Positions 43,902 through 53,743 of a DNA stretch of 64,000 nt are shown one piece after another. The stretch's first letter is position 1; each line of letters opens with the position of its first letter. The translations under genes and the position numbers were made by a program. The notes under the pieces are model-generated. The model made no database searches and was not told the DNA's origin. It was given only the letters and a program-made list of their open reading frames with translations. The DNA comes from a virus: IMG/VR virus record IMGVR_UViG_3300043409_000956, positions 1-64,000 of that record. The stretch is one strand, 5' to 3'.

Positions 43902-46565
43902 ATGAGTTATGTAGACGCTCTCTTTGATAGAGCAAAAGATAAGATACACATAGTTGAGCGAGTCAACGGAGAACGAGTATATCGTGAATATCCTGCAGAC
44001 TATATCTTTTACTATGATGATCCCCGCGGCAAGTTTCGCACCATATACGACACCCCGGTTGGCAGGTTCAGTAGTCGCAACAGCAAAGAATATCACAAAG
44101 AACTAAAAGCCAACTCAGGTAAGCGACTATGGGAAAGTGACATCAATCCCATCTTCCGATGTCTTGAGACCAATTACCTTGGTGTACCTAGTCCCAAATT
44201 ACACACAGCCTTTTTCGATATTGAGGTGGACTTTGATCCCTTGCGAGGCTTTAGTAAACCCGAAGATCCCTTTAATCCTATCACTGCTATTTCAGTTTAC
44301 CTAGACTGGATGGATAAACTAGTCACGCTGGTTATTCCTCCCAAAAGTTATTCGTGGGAAACTGCACAGGAAATTTGTAACAGGTATGATAACTGTTTCT
44401 TGTTTGAACGAGAAGCAGACATGTTGGACACATTTCTTGACTTGATTGATGACGCAGATATTTTAAGTGGATGGAACAGTGAAGGCTTTGATATTCCCTA
44501 CACTGTCATGCGTATTCAACGTGTACTAAGCAAGGATGATACAAGACGCTTTTGTCTATGGGGACAACTGCCCAAGCAAAGAACTTTTGAACGCTTCGGT
44601 GCTGAAAATTTGACCTTTGACTTGATTGGTCGTGTGCATATGGACTATATGCAACTGTACCGCAAGTACACCTATGAGGAACGACACAGTTATAGTCTAG
44701 ACGCAATTGGTGAATATGAAGAATGTGGCAGTAAGGTTGCTTACGAAGGCACATTGGATCAACTTTACAATAAAGATTTCCCGACGTTTATTGAATATAA
44801 CCGACAAGATACCATGCTAATTGCTAAGTTTGATAAGAAGCTCCGCTTCTTGGATCTAGCAAACGAACTTGCTCATGACAACACGGTGTTGTTACCAACC
44901 ACAATGGGTGCGGTTGCAGTAACAGAGCAGGCTATCATTAATGAAGCTCATCAGCGTGGTATGATTGTTCCTAATAGAAAGAGCAAAGATGACCCAAGAG
45001 AAACGCAAGCCGCAGGTGCCTATGTTGCTTACCCCAAAAGGGGAGTACACGAATACATCGGTGCGATCGACATCAACAGTCTCTACCCCTCGGCTATTAG
45101 AGCCCTTAACATGGGCCCAGAAACAATCGTTGGGCAACTCCGGACCACAATGACCGACCACTACATCAAGGAAAAGATGACAGCAGGTTCGTCTTTTGCT
45201 GATGCGTGGGAAAATATGTTTGGTAGTTTGGAATATCAGGCAGTCATGAACAACGAGCTTGGTACTGAGATTACCATCGACTGGGCCAGTGGTGAAGAAA
45301 CTGTACACAGTGCGGCTGAAGTCTGGCGATTAATATTCAACGGTAACCAACCGTGGACACTCAGTGCCAATGGCACTATATTTAGATATGACATGAAGGG
45401 TATTATTCCCGGCTTGTTGGAAAGGTGGTATGCAGAACGTAAAGAAATGCAAGCAAAAAAGAAGACCGCAGAAACTGCTGAAGACACGGCGTTCTGGGAT
45501 AAACGCCAACTCGTTAAAAAAATTAACCTTAATTCGCTCTATGGGGCTATCCTCAACCCACATTGCAGGTTCTTTGACCAAAGAATTGGCCAAAGTACGA
45601 CACTTACTGGTAGGATCATTGCCAAACACATGGACGCCACAGTTAACCAAGCAATTACAGGCGACTACGACCACGTTGGTTCGAGCATTATCTATGGCGA
45701 CACGGACTCGGTATACTTTACAGCGTGGCCCGCGGTCAAAGCGGAAGTAGAATCCGGTGCAATGGAATGGAACAAAGACATTGCTGTACAACTGTATGAT
45801 ACCATTGCCGATGGTGTAAATGAATCGTTCCCAGGGTTTATGGAACGGGCCTGTCATTGCCCTAGAGAAATGGGTGAGATCATCATGGGTGGTCGAGAGC
45901 TTGTGGCTCGCAAAGGTTTGTTTATTAAGAAGAAGCGTTATGCTGTGTTGATTTACGATATGGAAAATCATCGATTAGATGTAAACGGTAAGCCAGGCAA
46001 AGTAAAAGCCATGGGTCTAGACTTGAAGCGTAGTGATACTCCCAAAATTGTACAAGAGTTCTTGAGTGAAATACTTATGGATGTACTAACCACAGACGAT
46101 GCTAGAGAAGTAGTCATCGACAAAGTACGTGAATTTAAACTTGAATTTCAGAAACGTCCGGCTTGGGAAAAGGGCACTCCCAAGCGTGTGAACAACTTGA
46201 CCAAGTATACCGCAGAAGAAGCCAGACTAGGCAAAGCCAACATGCCGGGACATGTACGAGCCGCAATGAATTGGAACAATCTAAAGCGTATGCATGGTGA
46301 CAACTATTCAACCAGTATTGTTGATGGTATGAAGACCATTGTTTGTAAATTACGAGATAATCCCTTGGGATATACCAGTGTTGGTTATCCCACAGACGAA
46401 ACACATATACCACAGTGGTTCAAAGATCTTCCGTTTGATCAAGACAGTATGGAAACAGGCATTGTGGATCAAAAGGTAGAAAACTTGTTGGGTGTACTAG
46501 AATGGCAAATTGCCGACAGTACAGACATCAAGTCAACATTTGACTCATTGTTTACTTGGGAATAA
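43902..46565 (+). CDS. Family B DNA polymerase (T4 gp43-like)
   Basis: Exo I FDIEV, Exo II GWNSEGFDIPY, Exo III YNRQD; polymerase motifs DINSLYPS, KINLNSLYG, YGDTDS and KKRY. Confidence 0.97.
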   Translation: MSYVDALFDRAKDKIHIVERVNGERVYREYPADYIFYYDDPRGKFRTIYDTPVGRFSSRNSKEYHKELKANSGKRLWESDINPIFRCLETNYLGVPSPKLHTAFFDIEVDFDPLRGFSKPEDPFNPITAISVYLDWMDKLVTLVIPPKSYSWETAQEICNRYDNCFLFEREADMLDTFLDLIDDADILSGWNSEGFDIPYTVMRIQRVLSKDDTRRFCLWGQLPKQRTFERFGAENLTFDLIGRVHMDYMQLYRKYTYEERHSYSLDAIGEYEECGSKVAYEGTLDQLYNKDFPTFIEYNRQDTMLIAKFDKKLRFLDLANELAHDNTVLLPTTMGAVAVTEQAIINEAHQRGMIVPNRKSKDDPRETQAAGAYVAYPKRGVHEYIGAIDINSLYPSAIRALNMGPETIVGQLRTTMTDHYIKEKMTAGSSFADAWENMFGSLEYQAVMNNELGTEITIDWASGEETVHSAAEVWRLIFNGNQPWTLSANGTIFRYDMKGIIPGLLERWYAERKEMQAKKKTAETAEDTAFWDKRQLVKKINLNSLYGAILNPHCRFFDQRIGQSTTLTGRIIAKHMDATVNQAITGDYDHVGSSIIYGDTDSVYFTAWPAVKAEVESGAMEWNKDIAVQLYDTIADGVNESFPGFMERACHCPREMGEIIMGGRELVARKGLFIKKKRYAVLIYDMENHRLDVNGKPGKVKAMGLDLKRSDTPKIVQEFLSEILMDVLTTDDAREVVIDKVREFKLEFQKRPAWEKGTPKRVNNLTKYTAEEARLGKANMPGHVRAAMNWNNLKRMHGDNYSTSIVDGMKTIVCKLRDNPLGYTSVGYPTDETHIPQWFKDLPFDQDSMETGIVDQKVENLLGVLEWQIADSTDIKSTFDSLFTWE

Positions 46566-46567
46566 TT

Positions 46568-47500
46568 ATGAAACTAAGTGAACTTGTTGACCTAAGAGAA
46601 AGACTTAAAAAAGCATTTTATCTTGATCCGGTGTTGGCCAGTATTGATAACTTGCGATTAAATCTTAGCCTGGTAAATCAAAACGTAGATGAGAATTACA
46701 GCGAGCAACTAGATCTACTGATCAAAGATTATAGAGACATTCGCACAGAAGTACACAAGCCCAGCGAGCGTGTGCAGGAAATCATTGATGCAATCAACAA
46801 AGAAATATCATCTAAGAGCAGTCATTTCTTTTTGAACAATTACGAAGATGAATTAAATTACGAAGATCCCAATAACATCCGTCGAGTTCGTGTGATGTAC
46901 ATTCCAGTGCAAGTACAACAAGAAATTGAATCTCGTATTGGGTTATATTCAAATTGGAAGTACCCCGGATTGGAACTGGGATGTAGGGATGGTGAATGGA
47001 CAAAATTCCTAGTGGCCAGTGACCCGTTGTACATTGCTGATGCACATCAGGATTTTTTAGATAGTGCAATCAAAGAATATGCTCCGGAATTTCAACGTCG
47101 GGTCCGTCCTTACTTGATTCGAAACAACGAGTACGGTGTTCTGCCACAAAGTCAATTTAGCTTTGTTTTTAGTTGGAATCATTTCAATTACAAAACATTA
47201 GAGACCACCAAACAGACGCTAAAGCAAGTGTATAACTTACTTCGTCCCGGTGGTGTGTGTATGTTTAGTTATAACAATGGCGATATACCAGCTGGTGCGG
47301 CTTATGCAGAAACCTACTTCATGAGTTACATGCCAAAGAGTTTGTTGCTACCCATGTGCCAAAGTCTAGGATACGAAGTTGTTTATCAACAAGATCATGA
47401 GCCAGCGGTGAGTTGGCTAGAACTACGCAGGCCTGGTGAGCTGAGTACAATAAAAGGACATCAGGCTCTGGGCATAATCAAAGAAAAAACTGTCGAATAA
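46568..47500 (+). CDS. SAM-dependent methyltransferase-like protein with an N-terminal coiled coil
   Basis: GLELGCRDG and NLLRPGG motifs. Confidence 0.7.
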   Translation: MKLSELVDLRERLKKAFYLDPVLASIDNLRLNLSLVNQNVDENYSEQLDLLIKDYRDIRTEVHKPSERVQEIIDAINKEISSKSSHFFLNNYEDELNYEDPNNIRRVRVMYIPVQVQQEIESRIGLYSNWKYPGLELGCRDGEWTKFLVASDPLYIADAHQDFLDSAIKEYAPEFQRRVRPYLIRNNEYGVLPQSQFSFVFSWNHFNYKTLETTKQTLKQVYNLLRPGGVCMFSYNNGDIPAGAAYAETYFMSYMPKSLLLPMCQSLGYEVVYQQDHEPAVSWLELRRPGELSTIKGHQALGIIKEKTVE

Positions 47501-47501
47501 G

Positions 47502-47531
47502 TTGACAGGTCTAAATACAATCATCTATAAT
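47502..47531 (+). promoter_or_regulatory. Sigma70 promoter with a nested late-type CTAAATA
   Basis: TTGACA-18 nt-TATAAT; CTAAATA in the spacer. Confidence 0.7.
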
Positions 47532-47553
47532 ACACATTAACAGGAGAAACTCA

Positions 47554-48285
47554 ATGCAAGACTATTTGAAAGACATTGTACAGCACACACACGGACTAGG
47601 CACCATTGACTTGGTCAAGGTCACAGGCACAGATACCGAAACTCGGGTTATTGCTCTAGCCGAAGACAAAACAGCAGTGGTAGACGCAGTATTTAAAAGC
47701 GCACACCCAGACTTCATTGGCACATTTGGTATGCCAAACTTGGCCAAGTTGAACACCATATTGGGTATTCCGGAATACAAGGAAGATGCCAAACTGTCAA
47801 TTACCAAGCAAGATCGCAATGGCGAGTCAGTTCCAGTTGGTATCCACTTTGAAAACAAAGCCGGCGACTTTAAAAACGATTATCGTTTCATGACTGCCGA
47901 AATCATCAACGACAAGTTGAAGAATCAAAAGATGCGGCCAGTTAAATGGAATGTGGACTTTGCACCCACTGTACAAAACATTCAGCGCCTGCGTTTTCAA
48001 GCCAGTGCCAACAGTGACGAAACCACCTTTACTGCTCGAACAGAAAACGGCGACTTGAAGTTCTTCTTTGGTGACCATGCCAGCCACGCAGGTAACTTTG
48101 TATTCCAAGCCGGAGTCACAGGCACACTGAGCAAGGCATGGTCATGGCCAGTTGCGGCTGTGATGGCTATCTTGGCCCTGCCCGGAGACAAGGCATTCAG
48201 AATCAGTGATGAAGGTGCCGCACAGATCACAGTGGACTCGGGCGTTGCTGTTTGGAACTACACACTACCAGCACAGACCAAGTAA
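47554..48285 (+). CDS. Putative DNA sliding clamp (gp45/PCNA-like)
   Basis: Size (243 aa), two-domain alternating beta/alpha pattern, ISDEGA..I.VDSG...Y.LPA C-terminus, adjacent to polB, clamp loader present in the window. Confidence 0.6.
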   Translation: MQDYLKDIVQHTHGLGTIDLVKVTGTDTETRVIALAEDKTAVVDAVFKSAHPDFIGTFGMPNLAKLNTILGIPEYKEDAKLSITKQDRNGESVPVGIHFENKAGDFKNDYRFMTAEIINDKLKNQKMRPVKWNVDFAPTVQNIQRLRFQASANSDETTFTARTENGDLKFFFGDHASHAGNFVFQAGVTGTLSKAWSWPVAAVMAILALPGDKAFRISDEGAAQITVDSGVAVWNYTLPAQTK

Positions 48286-48929
48286 TGTCATTTTCCTTCC
48301 ACCAATACTGGGAACCAAAAGGTCATGTGTTTGGTACTTGCATGAGCAAGCCGGATCTTGACCTTATGTATGTCAACATACCCAAGAATGCCAGTTCGTG
48401 GACCAAACCCAACTTGTTGGATCAACACTGGGAATTTTATAACTACCACCTTGATCATATCAGACATAAACATGCCATGGTTGTGTTACGAGATCCTGTG
48501 GAGCGTTGGCTCAGTGGTATATGCGAATACTTTACATTGTACCATCGAGATATAGACACTACTGAATTTAATTCTGCATTTTACGATCTGCTGATGGAAC
48601 AAATTACATTTGACGATCATACAGAAAAACAAGCGTACTTTATCAATGGTCTAAATCCCAATAGGATAACTTTCTTTTGGTGTGATGCAGATTATCGCTT
48701 GTACTTTAGTCAGTTCTTGCGTAACCAAGGCATTCCCGAAGCCGCTAGATATGCAAATTATGACTTTCAACATACCACAGAAGATCGCCAGGATGGCGAT
48801 ACTCGCAGACTTAAATTTAAAAATATATTCAAGCACCTACTAGACAATCCTGTGTATCTTGAACGAATCAAACAGCATTATGCTCCAGACTACGAATTAA
48901 TAAATAAAGTGAAATTTTGGCGTGGATGA
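48285..48929 (+). CDS. Sulfotransferase family protein
   Basis: YVNIPKNASS (5'-PSB), LRDPVERWLSG (3'-PB) and Y..DYEL motifs. Confidence 0.78.
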   Translation: MSFSFHQYWEPKGHVFGTCMSKPDLDLMYVNIPKNASSWTKPNLLDQHWEFYNYHLDHIRHKHAMVVLRDPVERWLSGICEYFTLYHRDIDTTEFNSAFYDLLMEQITFDDHTEKQAYFINGLNPNRITFFWCDADYRLYFSQFLRNQGIPEAARYANYDFQHTTEDRQDGDTRRLKFKNIFKHLLDNPVYLERIKQHYAPDYELINKVKFWRG

Positions 48930-50463
48930 TTTAACCAGTAAACAAAAAGACTATGCAGTATTCCTGCCTGCTATCAGTGGCTTCTATGCTACCTTTGTGG
49001 GCAAGCAAAGAGATACTGCCAGTGTGCCGTATGTAGACCCTGCACGTTTTCCGCAGGGCTTAACTGATATGGAGCAACTCAACTGGTTAAACAGCCAGAA
49101 AGCGTTGTTCCCATATAAATGGTCGCTTTACTCCGGCGGCCATGCTAACCTCGATCTAAACAAACAAGATTGGAGCGAGGACATGGTTCGAAATCGTGAT
49201 CCCAACACACTGGTCTTAGGCGACTCTGGCGGATTCCAGATTGCTAAAGGACTATGGGAAGGCGATTGGAAAGCCAACTCAGGATGCCTGAAGGCCCAGA
49301 AAAAACGTGAACAAGTTTTGGCTTGGCTGGACGGCATTGCTGATTATGGAATGATTTTAGATATACCAACCTGGGTTGTAAATGATCCACACGCCAGTTC
49401 AAAGTGTCAAATCACCACACATCAACAGGCAGTTGATGCCACCAAGTTCAACAACGAATACTTTATGCGTAATCGCAAAGGCAAGAACAATGGTGGTGCC
49501 AAGTTCTTAAATGTGTTACAGGGTGCCACACACACAGAAGCAGAAGATTGGTATCAAACCATGAAACATTACTGTGACCCTGCTGTGTATCCAGACACAC
49601 ACTTTGACGGTTGGAGCATGGGTGGTCAAAACATGTGTGATGTACACTTGGTATTAAAACGCCTGGTGGCCTTGCGCTATGATAACTTGTTACAAGAAGG
49701 AGTTCATGATTGGATGCACTTCTTGGGTACTAGTAAACTAGAGTGGGCTGTTTTATTAACTGTAATTCAACGTGCCATTAGAAAATATGTTAACCCCTCC
49801 TTTACCATCAGTTTTGATTGTGCCAGTCCGTTCCTTGCAACAGCCAATGGTCAGGTCTACTTTGAAAATGTGTTTGAACACGATAGCAAATGGAGTTACC
49901 GGATGGCTCCCAGTGCAGACGATAAAAAATACGCCACAGACACCCGTAAATGGAGTACCGGAGTAGTTGCTGATGGAATCTATCCACGATGGGAAGATAG
50001 CCCATTGAGCGACTTGTTTAAGATGAAAGATATTTGCATCTACAAACCCGGCGACCTAAATAAGAATGGCAAAGAAGGCAAAACATCGTGGGATAGTTTT
50101 AGTTACGCATTGCTAATGGGCCATAATGTTTGGATGCACTTGACTGCGGTTCAAGAAGCCAACAGACGTTTTGATGCTGGCGAACATCCTGCTATGATGC
50201 AACGTTCGGGCGGAGACTATGCCAGATTTGAAGACATCGTAGAAGCAATCTTTGCGGCTCCCACCAAACAAGATGCATTGGACATTATTGAGCTGTATGA
50301 TACATATTGGATGGAAATTATTGGAACTCGTGGTGCCAAAGGTAAGAAAGCTAAAAACTCAAACACCATGTTTAAATCCTTATTTGAAGTTGACGAGCCT
50401 GAAAGCAATGACGACTCGGTTGAATTAGATCAAACAGCATTGGACAACTTGGAAGGATCATGA
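48922..50463 (+). CDS. TGT-fold transglycosylase, probable DpdA-type DNA 7-deazaguanine insertase
   Basis: LGDSGGFQ, MILDIP, NVLQG, MHFLG and SFDCAS motifs; no tRNA-TGT CxCxxC Zn site; QueD-like and FolE genes nearby. Confidence 0.78.
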   Translation: MDDLTSKQKDYAVFLPAISGFYATFVGKQRDTASVPYVDPARFPQGLTDMEQLNWLNSQKALFPYKWSLYSGGHANLDLNKQDWSEDMVRNRDPNTLVLGDSGGFQIAKGLWEGDWKANSGCLKAQKKREQVLAWLDGIADYGMILDIPTWVVNDPHASSKCQITTHQQAVDATKFNNEYFMRNRKGKNNGGAKFLNVLQGATHTEAEDWYQTMKHYCDPAVYPDTHFDGWSMGGQNMCDVHLVLKRLVALRYDNLLQEGVHDWMHFLGTSKLEWAVLLTVIQRAIRKYVNPSFTISFDCASPFLATANGQVYFENVFEHDSKWSYRMAPSADDKKYATDTRKWSTGVVADGIYPRWEDSPLSDLFKMKDICIYKPGDLNKNGKEGKTSWDSFSYALLMGHNVWMHLTAVQEANRRFDAGEHPAMMQRSGGDYARFEDIVEAIFAAPTKQDALDIIELYDTYWMEIIGTRGAKGKKAKNSNTMFKSLFEVDEPESNDDSVELDQTALDNLEGS

Positions 50464-50648
50464 TGATTAAAAATCGAATTGCACATTTAGAACAACAACA
50501 CCATGCACTAGACAAGCAAGTTGATCAAATGGAACGCACTGGAAACTTTTCGGACAAACAGATTGCCGAATTAAAGAAAAAGAGGTTGCACTTTAAAGAT
50601 GAAATTGCTAAACTAAAGCAACAACTCCGGGATGAATTGAATGATTAG
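50460..50648 (+). CDS. DUF465/YdcH-like small coiled-coil protein
   Basis: HHALDKQV...LKKKRLHFKDEI motif. Confidence 0.75.
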   Translation: MMIKNRIAHLEQQHHALDKQVDQMERTGNFSDKQIAELKKKRLHFKDEIAKLKQQLRDELND

Positions 50649-51177
50649 AGAAGGGCATGAAGAAACGAAATTCTTCGTAGGCACAGAAGTAGAACATACT
50701 CCTGCGTTTGGTAAGACAACTTTGTTTGTTGTTGGCATCCAGGATGCGAAAGATATACAGTCAATAATTGACGAGCGATCCTGTTTGCTTGACGAATCAA
50801 AACACATCAAGCATATCTATTTTGGTGCTAATCACAGTTTCCCCAACCTGGCAGTTAACGATGGTGCTGACTGGGCCAAGTGGGAAAAGATGATTTACAA
50901 CTTCCTGGACCGAGATTACTTATGCACATTGGATATTGATGTGGCCTGTGTCGAAGGATTACTAGAAGCCGGCTTTGTTGAATACCATAACTTTATCCCT
51001 ATGATTTCAGTTAAATTGCCCTATGTATTACAACTGGGGTATAATGCTGTCGTTAAACTTGATGACAAAGACTTCAATGCCACAACACCCGGAGTTTGGT
51101 GCCATCAATTACACAACCTATTAGACCGTAAGGTATTCACTGAGTGGTCTAAATATACCAAAGACGAAACATTATGA
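50641..51177 (+). CDS. Conserved hypothetical phage protein
   Basis: FFVGTEVEHTPA.G..TLFV...HIYFGAN. Confidence 0.65.
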   Translation: MIREGHEETKFFVGTEVEHTPAFGKTTLFVVGIQDAKDIQSIIDERSCLLDESKHIKHIYFGANHSFPNLAVNDGADWAKWEKMIYNFLDRDYLCTLDIDVACVEGLLEAGFVEYHNFIPMISVKLPYVLQLGYNAVVKLDDKDFNATTPGVWCHQLHNLLDRKVFTEWSKYTKDETL

Positions 51178-51614
51178 CACAAGAAGAACGCGAACAAGTT
51201 GAACGAATTAAACAACGTGCAGATCGTAAGATCTGGGTCACATTCCGTAAAGAAGGTATACATTGCTATCCTGCGGCGGCCACTGATCCTGCACTGGCCA
51301 CAGGCGATGAATATGATGTGAGTTTCTTGGGATCTCCACATCGTCACATATTCCACTTTAGAGTGTGGATTGATGTGTTGCACAACGATCGTGACATTGA
51401 GTTTATTCAATTCAAACGTTGGTTAGAAAATTTGTACAAAGACGGCATCTTGCAACTGGACTACAAGAGTTGTGAAATGATGTCAGATGATTTGTATTTG
51501 CAAATTGCCAATCGTTATCCCAACCGTGCTATCTGGATTGAAGTTTCTGAAGATGGTGAGAATGGCGCACTAATTAAGTATGAGACCTTTCGGCCACAAC
51601 TTATTAGTGTGTGA
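51174..51614 (+). CDS. QueD-like (6-pyruvoyltetrahydropterin synthase/T-fold) protein
   Basis: EGIHCYP, HRHIFH, IEF, SCEM and VSEDGEN motifs. Confidence 0.68.
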   Translation: MTQEEREQVERIKQRADRKIWVTFRKEGIHCYPAAATDPALATGDEYDVSFLGSPHRHIFHFRVWIDVLHNDRDIEFIQFKRWLENLYKDGILQLDYKSCEMMSDDLYLQIANRYPNRAIWIEVSEDGENGALIKYETFRPQLISV

Positions 51615-52423
51615 TGTTAACGTTTGATGTAAGTTCCCCCAATCTTGTGTTGGTGCAGTATCCGGGTGGCGGATATGGGAATTTACTACATCATTTGTTG
51701 ACTGAATTTCTCGAAGATACAGTAAAAGTAAATAACGACCAGTTTGCTGTCAGTGGTACTGGTAATAGCCACAACACCGTTAAGTACACCGCCAAACACG
51801 AAACTCCGTTTGATCGAGAATACGTACCCGAAGTGTTTTTTCAATCAGCGCATGATCAAATAGCACAAGGTCGAAAGTTTTTAGTTTTATGTGACCCAAC
51901 TCCGGTTGCAGATAATCGTAAACAATTATTAGCACAGTTTCCGAATGCCCACATGGTTCGGGTATATACTGATACCTTTATCGACAGGTTAGTGATGTTA
52001 ACTAATCTAATGACCAAGTCCTACACCGATAATACCAAACAAGAATTATACAAAAATTCCCTACTAGGACACGATACTGTTGCTGGACTAACTGACGAAC
52101 AAATTGTTGATATGTTGGTGTTGACCTTTAGACAAAAGTTCAATGCATATGGTATGATGTTTAATAAGCCATTGAGTAATGATCGCATATATAACTTTAA
52201 CTTTAGATCCTTTACTAATTTTGATTCATTACTAAAAGAGTTACAGGGTGTTGCAACTTTTCTAAATACATCTATAACAGATGTAGAACAGTTGAGGTGT
52301 TTCTTTAGTGAATGGAAAATGACCCAGTCATCACATCAATACTATGACTATACCGCAGATACTGTAACCAACTCAAACGATTTAACGGGCAAGGCATTGG
52401 TTAAATTTTATGCGACACTTTAA
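51611..52423 (+). CDS. Hypothetical protein (possibly degenerate sulfotransferase/P-loop fold)
   Basis: N-terminal YPGGGYGNLL. Confidence 0.5.
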   Translation: MMLTFDVSSPNLVLVQYPGGGYGNLLHHLLTEFLEDTVKVNNDQFAVSGTGNSHNTVKYTAKHETPFDREYVPEVFFQSAHDQIAQGRKFLVLCDPTPVADNRKQLLAQFPNAHMVRVYTDTFIDRLVMLTNLMTKSYTDNTKQELYKNSLLGHDTVAGLTDEQIVDMLVLTFRQKFNAYGMMFNKPLSNDRIYNFNFRSFTNFDSLLKELQGVATFLNTSITDVEQLRCFFSEWKMTQSSHQYYDYTADTVTNSNDLTGKALVKFYATL

Positions 52424-52916
52424 TACATATACTCAACTACAATGTAAATGCAATCCCAGCATGGCTCCCACTTTGCAGGACCAAGAGTTTACGGACTGGT
52501 TGTCCACAGTACCACACAATAACTTGTTAGACCTAACAGACAAACACGAACAAGATAAATCAGACTACTATTCTTTTAAAAAACACCAGCAAGGGCAAGC
52601 GCCCTGGGACGTTGTCACTTATACCAATACCACTCGGGTTGTAGACTTGACACAATTACTCGGCAGAATAGATCAATTGGCAAACCAGATTAACAGCAAT
52701 GGGTATTTTTATCTTGCACTAAACAAATGGACAACAACAGTATCTAATCCGGATTCAGACTTTGCAAAATTAAGTTACGACCAGGCCATCGAGCAGTATG
52801 TGGCAAAATACATTAAAAATTATTCCTGTGTAGATTACAAATACATAGACAATGATCGTGGTGGACTTGGTAACTTTGTACACGGAAACAATAGATGTTG
52901 GCTACAGAAGCTATGA
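52410..52916 (+). CDS. Hypothetical protein
   Basis: 168-aa ORF. Confidence 0.55.
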   Translation: MRHFNTYTQLQCKCNPSMAPTLQDQEFTDWLSTVPHNNLLDLTDKHEQDKSDYYSFKKHQQGQAPWDVVTYTNTTRVVDLTQLLGRIDQLANQINSNGYFYLALNKWTTTVSNPDSDFAKLSYDQAIEQYVAKYIKNYSCVDYKYIDNDRGGLGNFVHGNNRCWLQKL

Positions 52917-53476
52917 GTATCTATAATATAATGACCAAAAAGAACATGCGGTCGTTGATGATACATTTCAACCAACTGTACCAACATTATCGATCAACAC
53001 CCGATGTGTTAGTACCAACTGACAAAATAACTGTTAAATTGTTAAAGCCTGGAAGTACGTTAGTATGGAACTCATATGGTTATCGTTTTGTCAATCACAT
53101 ACAGGATCTGCACATATATGATGATTTTCAAAAGTCTAACATAAGTTTAGACAGGACATTTGATAACATTGTGATTGTTAATCCAATGGTACTACGTTAT
53201 ACAACAACCACAGAGTTATCAGAAAGATTACTTCCGTTAATTACCAAAATCAATGAAGGTGGTAGACTTCAATTGAGCTTTAATAGTCAATTTCTACTTT
53301 GGAATCGTGTTAGTTCACCAATTGGTCCTGAAATAGAACTTTTGGTTAACAAACTAGAGCAACAAGGCTTGCAATTAATCTTTAAAGATGTTAAACTACT
53401 ACAAACAACAATTACAGGAGACTGTAAGTTTTTGTTTGACAAATCTAAACAACTTGACATACATAAGGAACTATAA
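52913..53476 (+). CDS. Hypothetical protein (possibly degenerate methyltransferase fold)
   Basis: FDNIVIVN...KINEGGRL pattern. Confidence 0.5.
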   Translation: MSIYNIMTKKNMRSLMIHFNQLYQHYRSTPDVLVPTDKITVKLLKPGSTLVWNSYGYRFVNHIQDLHIYDDFQKSNISLDRTFDNIVIVNPMVLRYTTTTELSERLLPLITKINEGGRLQLSFNSQFLLWNRVSSPIGPEIELLVNKLEQQGLQLIFKDVKLLQTTITGDCKFLFDKSKQLDIHKEL

Positions 53477-53743
53477 ATGTCGCAAGATTGGCTTAAAAAA
53501 TATCTTCGTATGAAACCCGAAGTTGACTTTCTCTTTAACGAGCTCGACGAGTATCTAGAGTTCTGTAAAAAGCAGGGTTATGTATACGATGAATGTCATC
53601 TAGGTAACGAAAAGACTCCGTGGGGTGAATGGCAACGAGTCAAGGCAGGAAAGATTCCTAAAAACAATTGGAGTCCTTATCCCAAAGAACCACGTCGAGA
53701 GTGGAAACCACGTGATACCAATTCCAATTGGAAGTATCGTTAA
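53477..53743 (+). CDS. Hypothetical protein
   Basis: AAGGA RBS; 88 aa. Confidence 0.65.
   Translation: MSQDWLKKYLRMKPEVDFLFNELDEYLEFCKKQGYVYDECHLGNEKTPWGEWQRVKAGKIPKNNWSPYPKEPRREWKPRDTNSNWKYR

Noticed and set aside
43902-46565. Intein or intron in polB
   Set aside because: Length (887 aa) and motif spacing are normal; no intein termini or homing endonuclease seen.
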